Source of the DNA: a bacterium | GTDB taxonomy: Bacteria > SAR324 > NAC60-12 | DNA: 41,254 nt | Direction: 5' to 3' | Assembly (NCBI GenBank): GCA_965233585.1 | Contig: CBDDTI010000195.1 | Coordinates: 1 to 41,254, forward strand | Shown here: piece by piece, positions 20,082-32,700 of the stretch | Position numbering within the stretch: position 1 is the stretch's first letter | Layout of the letters: each line of letters starts with the position of its first letter | Notes under the pieces: model-generated | What the model was told of the DNA's origin: nothing | Seen by the model: the letters and a program-made list of their open reading frames with translations, nothing else | The model's database searches: none | Program-made: the position numbers and the translations under genes

Positions 20082-23000
20082 AGTCGGCTTCCATTTGAAT
20101 GATTGTATTGAATACTTTACTGCCCCTTGTTGGCCCCCCTTGCCCCTCTAGACTCCTACCGAAGTTTTCGGCCCAGAAAGAACATGAATTATGTTTTTTC
20201 AGTCGATCCCGTTATTAATTAATAGTATTAATTTAAAACGGGATGGAGTAAGAATCTGCTTAGGGAAAGATGTGGAAAGGTGAAGTATTGAAGGCTTTCT
20301 TACTCCGCCATCGTTTCGATATCGTGTCAATTACATTGGGTAATTGAATTAAAACATACCACGGAGTAGCGGAGTAGCGCGGAGTAGCGACGGATTGGTG
20401 AATGTTGCCTGGGTGGTGCTGCATTGCAATCGCCGCATTGGAGCTAAGGAACGGAGACAGCTGATACCACATGTGCGCTTTCAGGTTCCATTTCTGGGGC
20501 CGGAAAGTCAATTGAAATCAGGCTTCGCATGTGCGGGCCTCCTCTGTTCCAACTCTATATGCTTGTTGCTTAACTAAACGCAGTTGTCATTTTTTGTTTG
20601 TTGCACGGGTCGGCCTTTGCTGTTGATTTTGCGATTTTGCGGTCTCATTTTTGGTACCGCCAGACGGTCCCAAAAATGGGACCGTGAAAGTGCTTTTCTT
20701 CTATTCTTTTACTAAGCTGTGCATGCGGTCCCAAAAATGGGACCTTAGGTTCATTTTTTGAAGTTTTTTGTATCAAGGTTGCAGAAGCGCAACGTTTTGG
20801 TTTCAATGAACCTTTTTGGCTTATGGCGACCGGAAGGGCAACTGTTCCAACTCTATATGCTTGTTGCTTAACTAAACGCAGTTGTCATTTTTTGTTTGTT
20901 GCACGGGTCGGCCTTTGCTGTTGATTTTGCGATTTTGCGGTCTCATTTTTGGTACCGCCAGACGGTCCCAAAAATGGGACCGTGAAAGTGCTTTTCTTCT
21001 ATTCTTTTACTAAGCTGTGCATGCGGTCCCTGGCGGTCCCATTTTTGGGACCGTGTTTAGGTTCACTTTTTGAAGTTTTTTGTATCAAGGTTGCAGAAGC
21101 GCAACGTTTTGGTTTCAATGAACCTTTTTGGCTTATGGCGACCGGAAGGGTAACTAGGGAGGCCCTTTTGAGCGAAGCCGGTTTTGAGAAGCTTTTCCGG
21201 ACCCAGAATTGGGTCCGTCGGAGCAAGCTGTTTTGTAGATGATTTTGTTTCTTGTTGGGGCAAGCGGGGTGCATATCGGTTGCTGCTTGAACCCAGTTGA
21301 AGGATGTTGAAGGTAGCTTTTTATGATTTCGTTTCGTCTGGTGGCTTGATTGTTTGCTGCTAAAAGCAGCCTTTTGCAGCCTTAGGTGATTGCTTGAAGT
21401 GTTTCTTGCTGTTGCGGAGTTTGTGGGTTTTCGCGCAGGCAGTCGGCTTCCATTTGAATGATTGTATTGAATACTTTACTGCCCCTTGTTGGCCCCCCTT
21501 GCCCCTCTAGACTCCTACCGAAGTTTTCGGCCCAGAAAGAACATGAATTATGTTTTTTCAGTCGATCCCGTTATTAATTAATAGTATTAATTTAAAACGG
21601 GATGGAGTAAGAATCTGCTTAGGGAAAGATGTGGAAAGGTGAAGTATTGAAGGCTTTCTTACTCCGCCATCGTTTCGATATCGTGTCAATTACATTGGGT
21701 AATTGAATTAAAACATACCACGGAGTAGCGGAGTAGCGCGGAGTAGCGACGGATTGGTGAATGTTGCCTGGGTGGTGCTGCATTGCAATCGCCGCATTGG
21801 AGCTAAGGAACGGAGACAGCTGATACCACATGTGCGCTTTCAGGTTCCATTTCTGGGGCCGGAAAGTCAATTGAAATCAGGCTTCGCATGTGCGGGCCTC
21901 CTCTGTTCCAACTCTATATGCTTGTTGCTTAACTAAACGCAGTTGTCATTTTTTGTTTGTTGCACGGGTCGGCCTTTGCTGTTGATTTTGCGATTTTGCG
22001 GTCTCATTTTTGGTACCGCCAGACGGTCCCAAAAATGGGACCGTGAAAGTGCTTTTCTTCTATTCTTTTACTAAGCTGTGCATGCGGTCCCAAAAATGGG
22101 ACCTTAGGTTCATTTTTTGAAGTTTTTTGTATCAAGGTTGCAGAAGCGCAACGTTTTGGTTTCAATGAACCTTTTTGGCTTATGGCGACCGGAAGGGCAA
22201 CTGTTCCAACTCTATATGCTTGTTGCTTAACTAAACGCAGTTGTCATTTTTTGTTTGTTGCACGGGTCGGCCTTTGCTGTTGATTTTGCGATTTTGCGGT
22301 CTCATTTTTGGTACCGCCAGACGGTCCCAAAAATGGGACCGTGAAAGTGCTTTTCTTCTATTCTTTTACTAAGCTGTGCATGCGGTCCCTGGCGGTCCCA
22401 TTTTTGGGACCGTGTTTAGGTTCACTTTTTGAAGTTTTTTGTATCAAGGTTGCAGAAGCGCAACGTTTTGGTTTCAATGAACCTTTTTGGCTTATGGCGA
22501 CCGGAAGGGTAACTAGGGAGGCCCTTTTGAGCGAAGCCGGTTTTGAGAAGCTTTTCCGGACCCAGAATTGGGTCCGTCGGAGCAAGCTGTTTTGTAGATG
22601 ATTTTGTTTCTTGTTGGGGCAAGCGGGGTGCATATCGGTTGCTGCTTGAACCCAGTTGAAGGATGTTGAAGGTAGCTTTTTATGATTTCGTTTCGTCTGG
22701 TGGCTTGATTGTTTGCTGCTAAAAGCAGCCTTTTGCAGCCTTAGGTGATTGCTTGAAGTGTTTCTTGCTGTTGCGGAGTTTGTGGGTTTTCGCGCAGGCA
22801 GTCGGCTTCCATTTGAATGATTGTATTGAATACTTTACTGCCCCTTGTTGGCCCCCCTTGCCCCTCTAGACTCCTACCGAAGTTTTCGGCCCAGAAAGAA
22901 CATGAATTATGTTTTTTTCAGTCGATCCCGTTATTAATTAATAGTATTAATTTAAAACGGGATGGAGTAAGAATCTGCTTAGGGAAAGATGTGGAAAGGT

Positions 23001-26000
23001 GAAGTATTGAAGGCTTTCTTACTCCGCCATCGTTTCGATATCGTGTCAATTACATTGGGTAATTGAATTAAAACATACCACGGAGTAGCGGAGTAGCGCG
23101 GAGTAGCGACGGATTGGTGAATGTTGCCTGGGTGGTGCTGCATTGCAATCGCCGCATTGGAGCTAAGGAACGGAGACAGCTGATACCACATGTGCGCTTT
23201 CAGGTTCCATTTCTGGGGCCGGAAAGTCAATTGAAATCAGGCTTCGCATGTGCGGGCCTCCTCTGTTCCAACTCTATATGCTTGTTGCTTAACTAAACGC
23301 AGTTGTCATTTTTTGTTTGTTGCACGGGTCGGCCTTTGCTGTTGATTTTGCGATTTTGCGGTCTCATTTTTGGTACCGCCAGACGGTCCCAAAAATGGGA
23401 CCGTGAAAGTGCTTTTCTTCTATTCTTTTACTAAGCTGTGCATGCGGTCCCAAAAATGGGACCTTAGGTTCATTTTTTGAAGTTTTTTGTATCAAGGTTG
23501 CAGAAGCGCAACGTTTTGGTTTCAATGAACCTTTTTGGCTTATGGCGACCGGAAGGGCAACTGTTCCAACTCTATATGCTTGTTGCTTAACTAAACGCAG
23601 TTGTCATTTTTTGTTTGTTGCACGGGTCGGCCTTTGCTGTTGATTTTGCGATTTTGCGGTCTCATTTTTGGTACCGCCAGACGGTCCCAAAAATGGGACC
23701 GCGAAAGTGCTTTTCTTCTATTCTTTTACTAAGCTGTGCATGCGGTCCCAAAAATGGGACCGCCAGGCGGTCCCATTTTTGGGACCGTGTTTAGGTTCAT
23801 TTTTTGAAGTTTTTTGTATCAAGGTTGCAGAAGCGCAACGTTTTGGTTTCAATGAACCTTTTTGGCTTATGGCGACCGGAAGGGTAACTAGGGAGGCCCT
23901 TTTGAGCGAAGCCGGTTTTGAGAAGCTTTAGCAAGCTGTTTTGTAGATGATTTTGTTTCTTGTTGGGGCAAGCGGGGTGCATATCGGTTGCTGCTTGAAC
24001 CCAGTTGAAGGATGTTGAAGGTAGCTTTTTATGATTTCGTTTCGTCTGGTGGCTTGATTGTTTGCTGCTAAAAGCAGCCTTTTGCAGCCTTAGGTGATTG
24101 CTTGAAGTGTTTCTTGCTGTTGCGGAGTTTGTGGGTTTTCGCGCAGGCAGTCGGCTTCCATTTGAATGATTGTATTGAATACTTTACTGCCCCTTGTTGG
24201 CCCCCCTTGCCCCTCTAGACTCCTACCGAAGTTTTCGGCCCAGAAAGAACATGAATTATGTTTTTTTCAGTCGATCCCGTTATTAATTAATAGTATTAAT
24301 TTAAAACGGGATGGAGTAAGAATCTGCTTAGGGAAAGATGTGGAAAGGTGAAGTATTGAAGGCTTTCTTACTCCGCCATCGTTTCGATATCGTGTCAATT
24401 ACATTGGGTAATTGAATTAAAACATACCACGGAGTAGCGGAGTAGCGCGGAGTAGCGACGGATTGGTGAATGTTGCCTGGGTGGTGCTGCATTGCAATCG
24501 CCGCATTGGAGCTAAGGAACGGAGACAGCTGATACCACATGTGCGCTTTCAGGTTCCATTTCTGGGGCCGGAAAGTCAATTGAAATCAGGCTTCGCATGT
24601 GCGGGCCTCCTCTGTTCCAACTCTATATGCTTGTTGCTTAACTAAACGCAGTTGTCATTTTTTGTTTGTTGCACGGGTCGGCCTTTGCTGTTGATTTTGC
24701 GATTTTGCGGTCTCATTTTTGGTACCGCCAGACGGTCCCAAAAATGGGACCGTGAAAGTGCTTTTCTTCTATTCTTTTACTAAGCTGTGCATGCGGTCCC
24801 AAAAATGGGACCGCCAGGCGGTCCCATTTTTGGGACCGTGTTTAGGTTCATTTTTTGAAGTTTTTTGTATCAAGGTTGCAGAAGCGCAACGTTTTGGTTT
24901 CAATGAACCTTTTTGGCTTATGGCGACCGGAAGGGCAACTGTTCCAACTCTATATGCTTGTTGCTTAACTAAACGCAGTTGTCATTTTTTGTTTGTTGCA
25001 CGGGTCGGCCTTTGCTGTTGATTTTGCGATTTTGCGGTCTCATTTTTGGTACCGCCAGACGGTCCCAAAAATGGGACCGTGAAAGTGTTTTTCTTCTATT
25101 CTTTTACTAAGCTGTGCATGCGGTCCCAAGTGTTTAGGTTCATTTTTTGAAGTTTTTTGTATCAAGGTTGCAGAAGCGCAACGTTTTGGTTTCAATGAAC
25201 CTTTTTGGCTTATGGCGACCGGAAGGGTAACTAGGGAGGCCCTTTTGAGCGAAGCCGGTTTTGAGAAGCTTTTCCGGACCCAGAATTGGGTCCGTCGGAG
25301 CAAGCTGTTTTGTAGATGATTTTGTTTCTTGTTGGGGCAAGCGGGGTGCATATCGGTTGCTGATTGAACCCAGTTGAAGGATGTTGAAGGTAGCTTTTTA
25401 TGATTTCGTTTCGTCTGGTGGCTTGATTGTTTGCTGCTAAAAGCAGCCTTTTGCAGCCTTAGGTGATTGCTTGAAGTGTTTCTTGCTGTTGCGGAGTTTG
25501 TGGGTTTTCGCGCAGGCAGTCGGCTTCCATTTGAATGATTGTATTGAATACTTTACTGCCCCTTGTTGGCCCCCCTTGCCCCTCTAGACTCCTACCGAAG
25601 TTTTCGGCCCAGAAAGAACATGAATTATGTTTTTTTCAGTCGATCCCGTTATTAATTAATAGTATTAATTTAAAACGGGATGGAGTAAGAATCTGCTTAG
25701 GGAAAGATGTGGAAAGGTGAAGTATTGAAGGCTTTCTTACTCCGCCATCGTTTCGATATCGTGTCAATTACATTGGGTAATTGAATTAAAACATACCACG
25801 GAGTAGCGGAGTAGCGCGGAGTAGCGACGGATTGGTGAATGTTGCCTGGGTGGTGCTGCATTGCAATCGCCGCATTGGAGCTAAGGAACGGAGACAGCTG
25901 ATACCACATGTGCGCTTTCAGGTTCCATTTCTGGGGCCGGAAAGTCAATTGAAATCAGGCTTCGCATGTGCGGGCCTCCTCTGTTCCAACTCTATATGCT

Positions 26001-28787
26001 TGTTGCTTAACTAAACGCAGTTGTCATTTTTTGTTTGTTGCACGGGTCGGCCTTTGCTGTTGATTTTGCGATTTTGCGGTCTCATTTTTGGTACTGCCAG
26101 ACGGTCCCAAAAATGGGACCGTGAAAGTGCTTTTCTTCTATTCTTTTACTAAGCTGTGCATGCGGTCCCAAAAATGGGACCGCCAGGCGGTCCCATTTTT
26201 GGGACCGTGTTTAGGTTCATTTTTTGAAGTTTTTTGTATCAAGGTTGCAGAAGCGCAACGTTTTGGTTTCAATGAACCTTTTTGGCTTATGGCGACCGGA
26301 AGGGCAACTGTTCCAACTCTATATGCTTGTTGCTTAACTAAACGCAGTTGTCATTTTTTGTTTGTTGCACGGGTCGGCCTTTGCTGTTGATTTTGCGATT
26401 TTGCGGTCTCATTTTTGGTACCGCCAGACGGTCCCAAAAATGGGACCGTGAAAGTGCTTTTCTTCTATTCTTTTACTAAGCTGTGCATGCGGTCCCAAAA
26501 ATGGGACCGCCAGGCGGTCCCATTTTTGGGACCGTGTTTAGGTTCATTTTTTGAAGTTTTTTGTATCAAGGTTGCAGAAGCGCAACGTTTTGGTTTCAAT
26601 GAACCTTTTTGGCTTATGGCGACCGGAAGGGTAACTAGGGAGGCCCTTTTGAGCGAAGCCGGTTTTGAGAAGCTTTTCCGGACCCAGAATTGGGTCCGTC
26701 GGAGCAAGCTGTTTTGTAGATGATTTTGTTTCTTGTTGGGGCAAGCGGGGTGCATATCGGTTGCTGCTTGAACCCAGTTGAAGGATGTTGAAGGTAGCTT
26801 TTTATGATTTCGTTTCGTCTGGTGGCTTGATTGTTTGCTGCTAAAAGCAGCCTTTTGCAGCCTTAGGTGATTGCTTGAAGTGTTTCTTGCTGTTGCGGAG
26901 TTTGTGGGTTTTCGCGCAGGCAGTCGGCTTCCATTTGAATGATTGTATTGAATACTTTACTGCCCCTTGTTGGCCCCCCTTGCCCCTCTAGACTCCTACC
27001 GAAGTTTTCGGCCCAGAAAGAACATGAATTATGTTTTTTCAGTCGATCCCGTTATTAATTAATAGTATTAATTTAAAACGGGATGGAGTAAGAATCTGCT
27101 TAGGGAAAGATGTGGAAAGGTGAAGTATTGAAGGCTTTCTTACTCCGCCATCGTTTCGATATCGTGTCAATTACATTGGGTAATTGAATTAAAACATACC
27201 ACGGAGTAGCGGAGTAGCGCGGAGTAGCGACGGATTGGTGAATGTTGCCTGGGTGGTGCTGCATTGCAATCGCCGCATTGGAGCTAAGGAACGGAGACAG
27301 CTGATACCACATGTGCGCTTTCAGGTTCCATTTCTGGGGCCGGAAAGTCAATTGAAATCAGGCTTCGCATGTGCGGGCCTCCTCTGTTCCAACTCTATAT
27401 GCTTGTTGCTTAACTAAACGCAGTTGTCATTTTTTGTTTGTTGCACGGGTCGGCCTTTGCTGTTGATTTTGCGATTTTGCGGTCTCATTTTTGGTACCGC
27501 CAGACGGTCCCAAAAATGGGACCGTGAAAGTGCTTTTCTTCTATTCTTTTACTAAGCTGTGCATGCGGTCCCAAAAATGGGACCGCCAGGCGGTCCCATT
27601 TTTGGGACCGTGTTTAGGTTCATTTTTTGAAGTTTTTTGTATCAAGGTTGCAGAAGCGCAACGTTTTGGTTTCAATGAACCTTTTTGGCTTATGGCGACC
27701 GGAAGGGCAACTGTTCCAACTCTATATGCTTGTTGCTTAACTAAACGCAGTTGTCATTTTTTGTTTGTTGCACGGGTCGGCCTTTGCTGTTGATTTTGCG
27801 ATTTTGCGGTCTCATTTTTGGTACCGCCAGACGGTCCCAAAAATGGGACCGTGAAAGTGCTTTTCTTCTATTCTTTTACTAAGCTGTGCATGCGGTCCCA
27901 AAAATGGGACCGCCAGGCGGTCCCATTTTTGGGACCGTGTTTAGGTTCATTTTTTGAAGTTTTTTGTATCAAGGTTGCAGAAGCGCAACGTTTTGGTTTC
28001 AATGAACCTTTTTGGCTTATGGCGACCGGAAGGGTAACTAGGGAGGCCCTTTTGAGCGAAGCCGGTTTTGAGAAGCTTTTCCGGACCCAGAATTGGGTCC
28101 GTCGGAGCAAGCTGTTTTGTAGATGATTTTGTTTCTTGTTGGGGCAAGCGGGGTGCATATCGGTTGCTGCTTGAACCCAGTTGAAGGATGTTGAAGGTAG
28201 CTTTTTATGATTTCGTTTCGTCTGGTGGCTTGATTGTTTGCTGCTAAAAGCAGCCTTTTGCAGCCTTAGGTGATTGCTTGAAGTGTTTCTTGCTGTTGCG
28301 GAGTTTGTGGGTTTTCGCGCAGGCAGTCGGCTTCCATTTGAATGATTGTATTGAATACTTTACTGCCCCTTGTTGGCCCCCCTTGCCCCTCTAGACTCCT
28401 ACCGAAGTTTTCGGCCCAGAAAGAACATGAATTATGTTTTTTTCAGTCGATCCCGTTATTAATTAATAGTATTAATTTAAAACGGGATGGAGTAAGAATC
28501 TGCTTAGGGAAAGATGTGGAAAGGTGAAGTATTGAAGGCTTTCTTACTCCGCCATCGTTTCGATATCGTGTCAATTACATTGGGTAATTGAATTAAAACA
28601 TACCACGGAGTAGCGGAGTAGCGCGGAGTAGCGACGGATTGGTGAATGTTGCCTGGGTGGTGCTGCATTGCAATCGCCGCATTGGAGCTAAGGAACGGAG
28701 ACAGCTGATACCACATGTGCGCTTTCAGGTTCCATTTCTGGGGCCGGAGTGTCAATTGAAATCAGGCTTCGCATGTGCGGGCCTCCT

Positions 28788-29768
28788 CTGTTCCAACTCT
28801 ATATGCTTGTTGCTTAACTAAACGCAGTTGTCATTTTTTGTTTGTTGCACGGGTCGGCCTTTGCTGTTGATTTTGCGATTTTGCGGTCTCATTTTTGGTA
28901 CCGCCAGACGGTCCCAAAAATGGGACCGTGAAAGTGCTTTTCTTCTATTCTTTTACTAAGCTGTGCATGCGGTCCCAAAAATGGGACCGCCAGGCGGTCC
29001 CATTTTTGGGACCGTGTTTAGGTTCATTTTTTGAAGTTTTTTGTATCAAGGTTGCAGAAGCGCAACGTTTTGGTTTCAATGAACCTTTTTGGCTTATGGC
29101 GACCGGAAGGGTAACTGTTCCAACTCTATATGCTTGTTGCTTAACTAAACGCAGTTGTCATTTTTTGTTTGTTGCACGGGTCGGCCTTTGCTGTTGATTT
29201 TGCGATTTTGCGGTCTCATTTTTGGTACCGCCAGACGGTCCCAAAAATGGGACCGTGAAAGTGCTTTTCTTCTATTCTTTTACTAAGCTGTGCATGCGGT
29301 CCCAAAAATGGGACCGCCAGGCGGTCCCATTTTTGGGACCGTGTTTAGGTTCATTTTTTGAAGTTTTTTGTATCAAGGTTGCAGAAGCGCAACGTTTTGG
29401 TTTCAATGAACCTTTTTGGCTTATGGCGACCGGAAGGGCAACTGTTCCAACTCTATATGCTTGTTGCTTAACTAAACGCAGTTGTCATTTTTTGTTTGTT
29501 GCACGGGTCGGCCTTTGCTGTTGATTTTGCGATTTTGCGGTCTCATTTTTGGTACCGCCAGACGGTCCCAAAAATGGGACCGTGAAAGTGCTTTTCTTCT
29601 ATTCTTTTACTAAGCTGTGCATGCGGTCCCAAAAATGGGACCGCCAGGCGGTCCCATTTTTGGGACCGTGTTTAGGTTCATTTTTTGAAGTTTTTTGTAT
29701 CAAGGTTGCAGAAGCGCAACGTTTTGGTTTCAATGAACCTTTTTGGCTTATGGCGACCGGAAGGGTAA
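28788..29768. repeat. Three tandem copies of the 327-bp module (1731-bp monomer)
   Basis: Module-borne ORF starts at 28895, 29222 and 29549 are 327 bp apart; the monomer 28325-30055 is 1731 bp. Confidence 0.97.
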
Positions 29769-32700
29769 CTAGGGAGGCCCTTTTGAGCGAAGCCGGTTTT
29801 GAGAAGCTTTTCCGGACCCAGAATTGGGTCCGTCGGAGCAAGCTGTTTTGTAGATGATTTTGTTTCTTGTTGGGGCAAGCGGGGTGCATATCGGTTGCTG
29901 CTTGAACCCAGTTGAAGGATGTTGAAGGTAGCTTTTTATGATTTCGTTTCGTCTGGTGGCTTGATTGTTTGCTGCTAAAAGCAGCCTTTTGCAGCCTTAG
30001 GTGATTGCTTGAAGTGTTTCTTGCTGTTGCGGAGTTTGTGGGTTTTCGCGCAGGCAGTCGGCTTCCATTTGAATGATTGTATTGAATACTTTACTGCCCC
30101 TTGTTGGCCCCCCTTGCCCCTCTAGACTCCTACCGAAGTTTTCGGCCCAGAAAGAACATGAATTATGTTTTTTTCAGTCGATCCCGTTATTAATTAATAG
30201 TATTAATTTAAAACGGGATGGAGTAAGAATCTGCTTAGGGAAAGATGTGGAAAGGTGAAGTATTGAAGGCTTTCTTACTCCGCCATCGTTTCGATATCGT
30301 GTCAATTACATTGGGTAATTGAATTAAAACATACCACGGAGTAGCGGAGTAGCGCGGAGTAGCGACGGATTGGTGAATGTTGCCTGGGTGGTGCTGCATT
30401 GCAATCGCCGCATTGGAGCTAAGGAACGGAGACAGCTGATACCACATGTGCGCTTTCAGGTTCCATTTCTGGGGCCGGAAAGTCAATTGAAATCAGGCTT
30501 CGCATGTGCGGGCCTCCTCTGTTCCAACTCTATATGCTTGTTGCTTAACTAAACGCAGTTGTCATTTTTTGTTTGTTGCACGGGTCGGCCTTTGCTGTTG
30601 ATTTTGCGATTTTGCGGTCTCATTTTTGGTACCGCCAGACGGTCCCAAAAATGGGACCGTGAAAGTGCTTTTCTTCTATTCTTTTACTAAGCTGTGCATG
30701 CGGTCCCAAAAATGGGACCGCCAGGCGGTCCCATTTTTGGGACCGTGTTTAGGTTCATTTTTTGAAGTTTTTTGTATCAAGGTTGCAGAAGCGCAACGTT
30801 TTGGTTTCAATGAACCTTTTTGGCTTATGGCGACCGGAAGGGCAACTGTTCCAACTCTATATGCTTGTTGCTTAACTAAACGCAGTTGTCATTTTTTGTT
30901 TGTTGCACGGGTCGGCCTTTGCTGTTGATTTTGCGATTTTGCGGTCTCATTTTTGGTACCGCCAGACGGTCCCAAAAATGGGACCGTGAAAGTGCTTTTC
31001 TTCTATTCTTTTACTAAGCTGTGCATGCGGTCCCAAAAATGGGACCGCCAGGCGGTCCCATTTTTGGGACCGTGTTTAGGTTCATTTTTTGAAGTTTTTT
31101 GTATCAAGGTTGCAGAAGCGCAACGTTTTGGTTTCAATGAACCTTTTTGGCTTATGGCGACCGGAAGGGTAACTAGGGAGGCCCTTTTGAGCGAAGCCGG
31201 TTTTGAGAAGCTTTTCCGGACCCAGAATTGGGTCCGTCGGAGCAAGCTGTTTTGTAGATGATTTTGTTTCTTGTTGGGGCAAGCGGGGTGCATATCGGTT
31301 GCTGCTTGAACCCAGTTGAAGGATGTTGAAGGTAGCTTTTTATGATTTCGTTTCGTCTGGTGGCTTGATTGTTTGCTGCTAAAAGCAGCCTTTTGCAGCC
31401 TTAGGTGATTGCTTGAAGTGTTTCTTGCTGTTGCGGAGTTTGTGGGTTTTCGCGCAGGCAGTCGGCTTCCATTTGAATGATTGTATTGAATACTTTACTG
31501 CCCCTTGTTGGCCCCCCTTACCCCTCTAGACTCCTACCGAAGTTTTCGGCCCAGAAAGAACATGAATTATGTTTTTTCAGTCGATCCCGTTATTAATTAA
31601 TAGTATTAATTTAAAACGGGATGGAGTAAGAATCTGCTTAGGGAAAGATGTGGAAAGGTGAAGTATTGAAGGCTTTCTTACGCCGCCATCGTTTCGATAT
31701 CGTGTCAATTACATTAGGTAATTGAATTAAAACATACCACGGAGTAGCGGAGTAGCGCGGAGTAGCGACGGATTGGTGAATGTTGCCTGGGTGGTGCTGC
31801 ATTGCAATCGCCGCATTGGAGCTAAGGAACGGAGACAGCTGATACCACATGTGCGCTTTCAGGTTCCATTCCTGGGGCCGGAAAGTCAATTGAAATCAGG
31901 CTTCGCATGTGCGGGCCTCCTCTGTTCCAACTCTATATGCTTGTTGCTTAACTAAACGCAGTTGTCATTTTTTGTTTGTTGCACGGGTCGGCCTTTGCTG
32001 TTGATTTTGCGATTTTGCGGTCTCATTTTTGGTACCGCCAGACGGTCCCAAAAATGGGACCGTGAAAGTGCTTTTCTTCTATTCTTTTACTAAGCTGTGC
32101 CGGTCCCAAAAATGGGACCGCCAGGCGGTCCCATTTTTGGGACCGTGTTTGTCCCATTTTTGGGACCGCGTTTAGGTTCATTTTTTGAAGTTTTTTGTAT
32201 CAAGGTTGCAGAAGCGCAACGTTTTGGTTTCAATGAACCTTTTTGGCTTATGGCGACCGGAAGGGCAACTGTTCCAACTCTATATGCTTGTTGCTTAACT
32301 AAACGCAGTTGTCATTTTTTGTTTGTTGCACGGGTCGGCCTTTGCTGTTGATTTTGCGATTTTGCGGTCTCATTTTTGGTACCGCCAGACGGTCCCAAAA
32401 ATGGGACCGTGAAAGTGCTTTTCTTCTATTCTTTTACTAAGCTGTGCATGCGGTCCCAAAAATGGGACCGCCAGGCGGTCCCATTTTTGGGACCGTGTTT
32501 AGGTTCATTTTTTGAAGTTTTTTGTATCAAGGTTGCAGAAGCGCAACGTTTTGGTTTCAATGAACCTTTTTGGCTTATGGCGACCGGAAGGGTAACTAGG
32601 GAGGCCCTTTTGAGCGAAGCCGGTTTTGAGAAGCCTTTCCGGACCCAGAATTGGGTCCGTCGGAGCAAGCTGTTTTGTAGATGATTTTGTTTCTTGTTGG

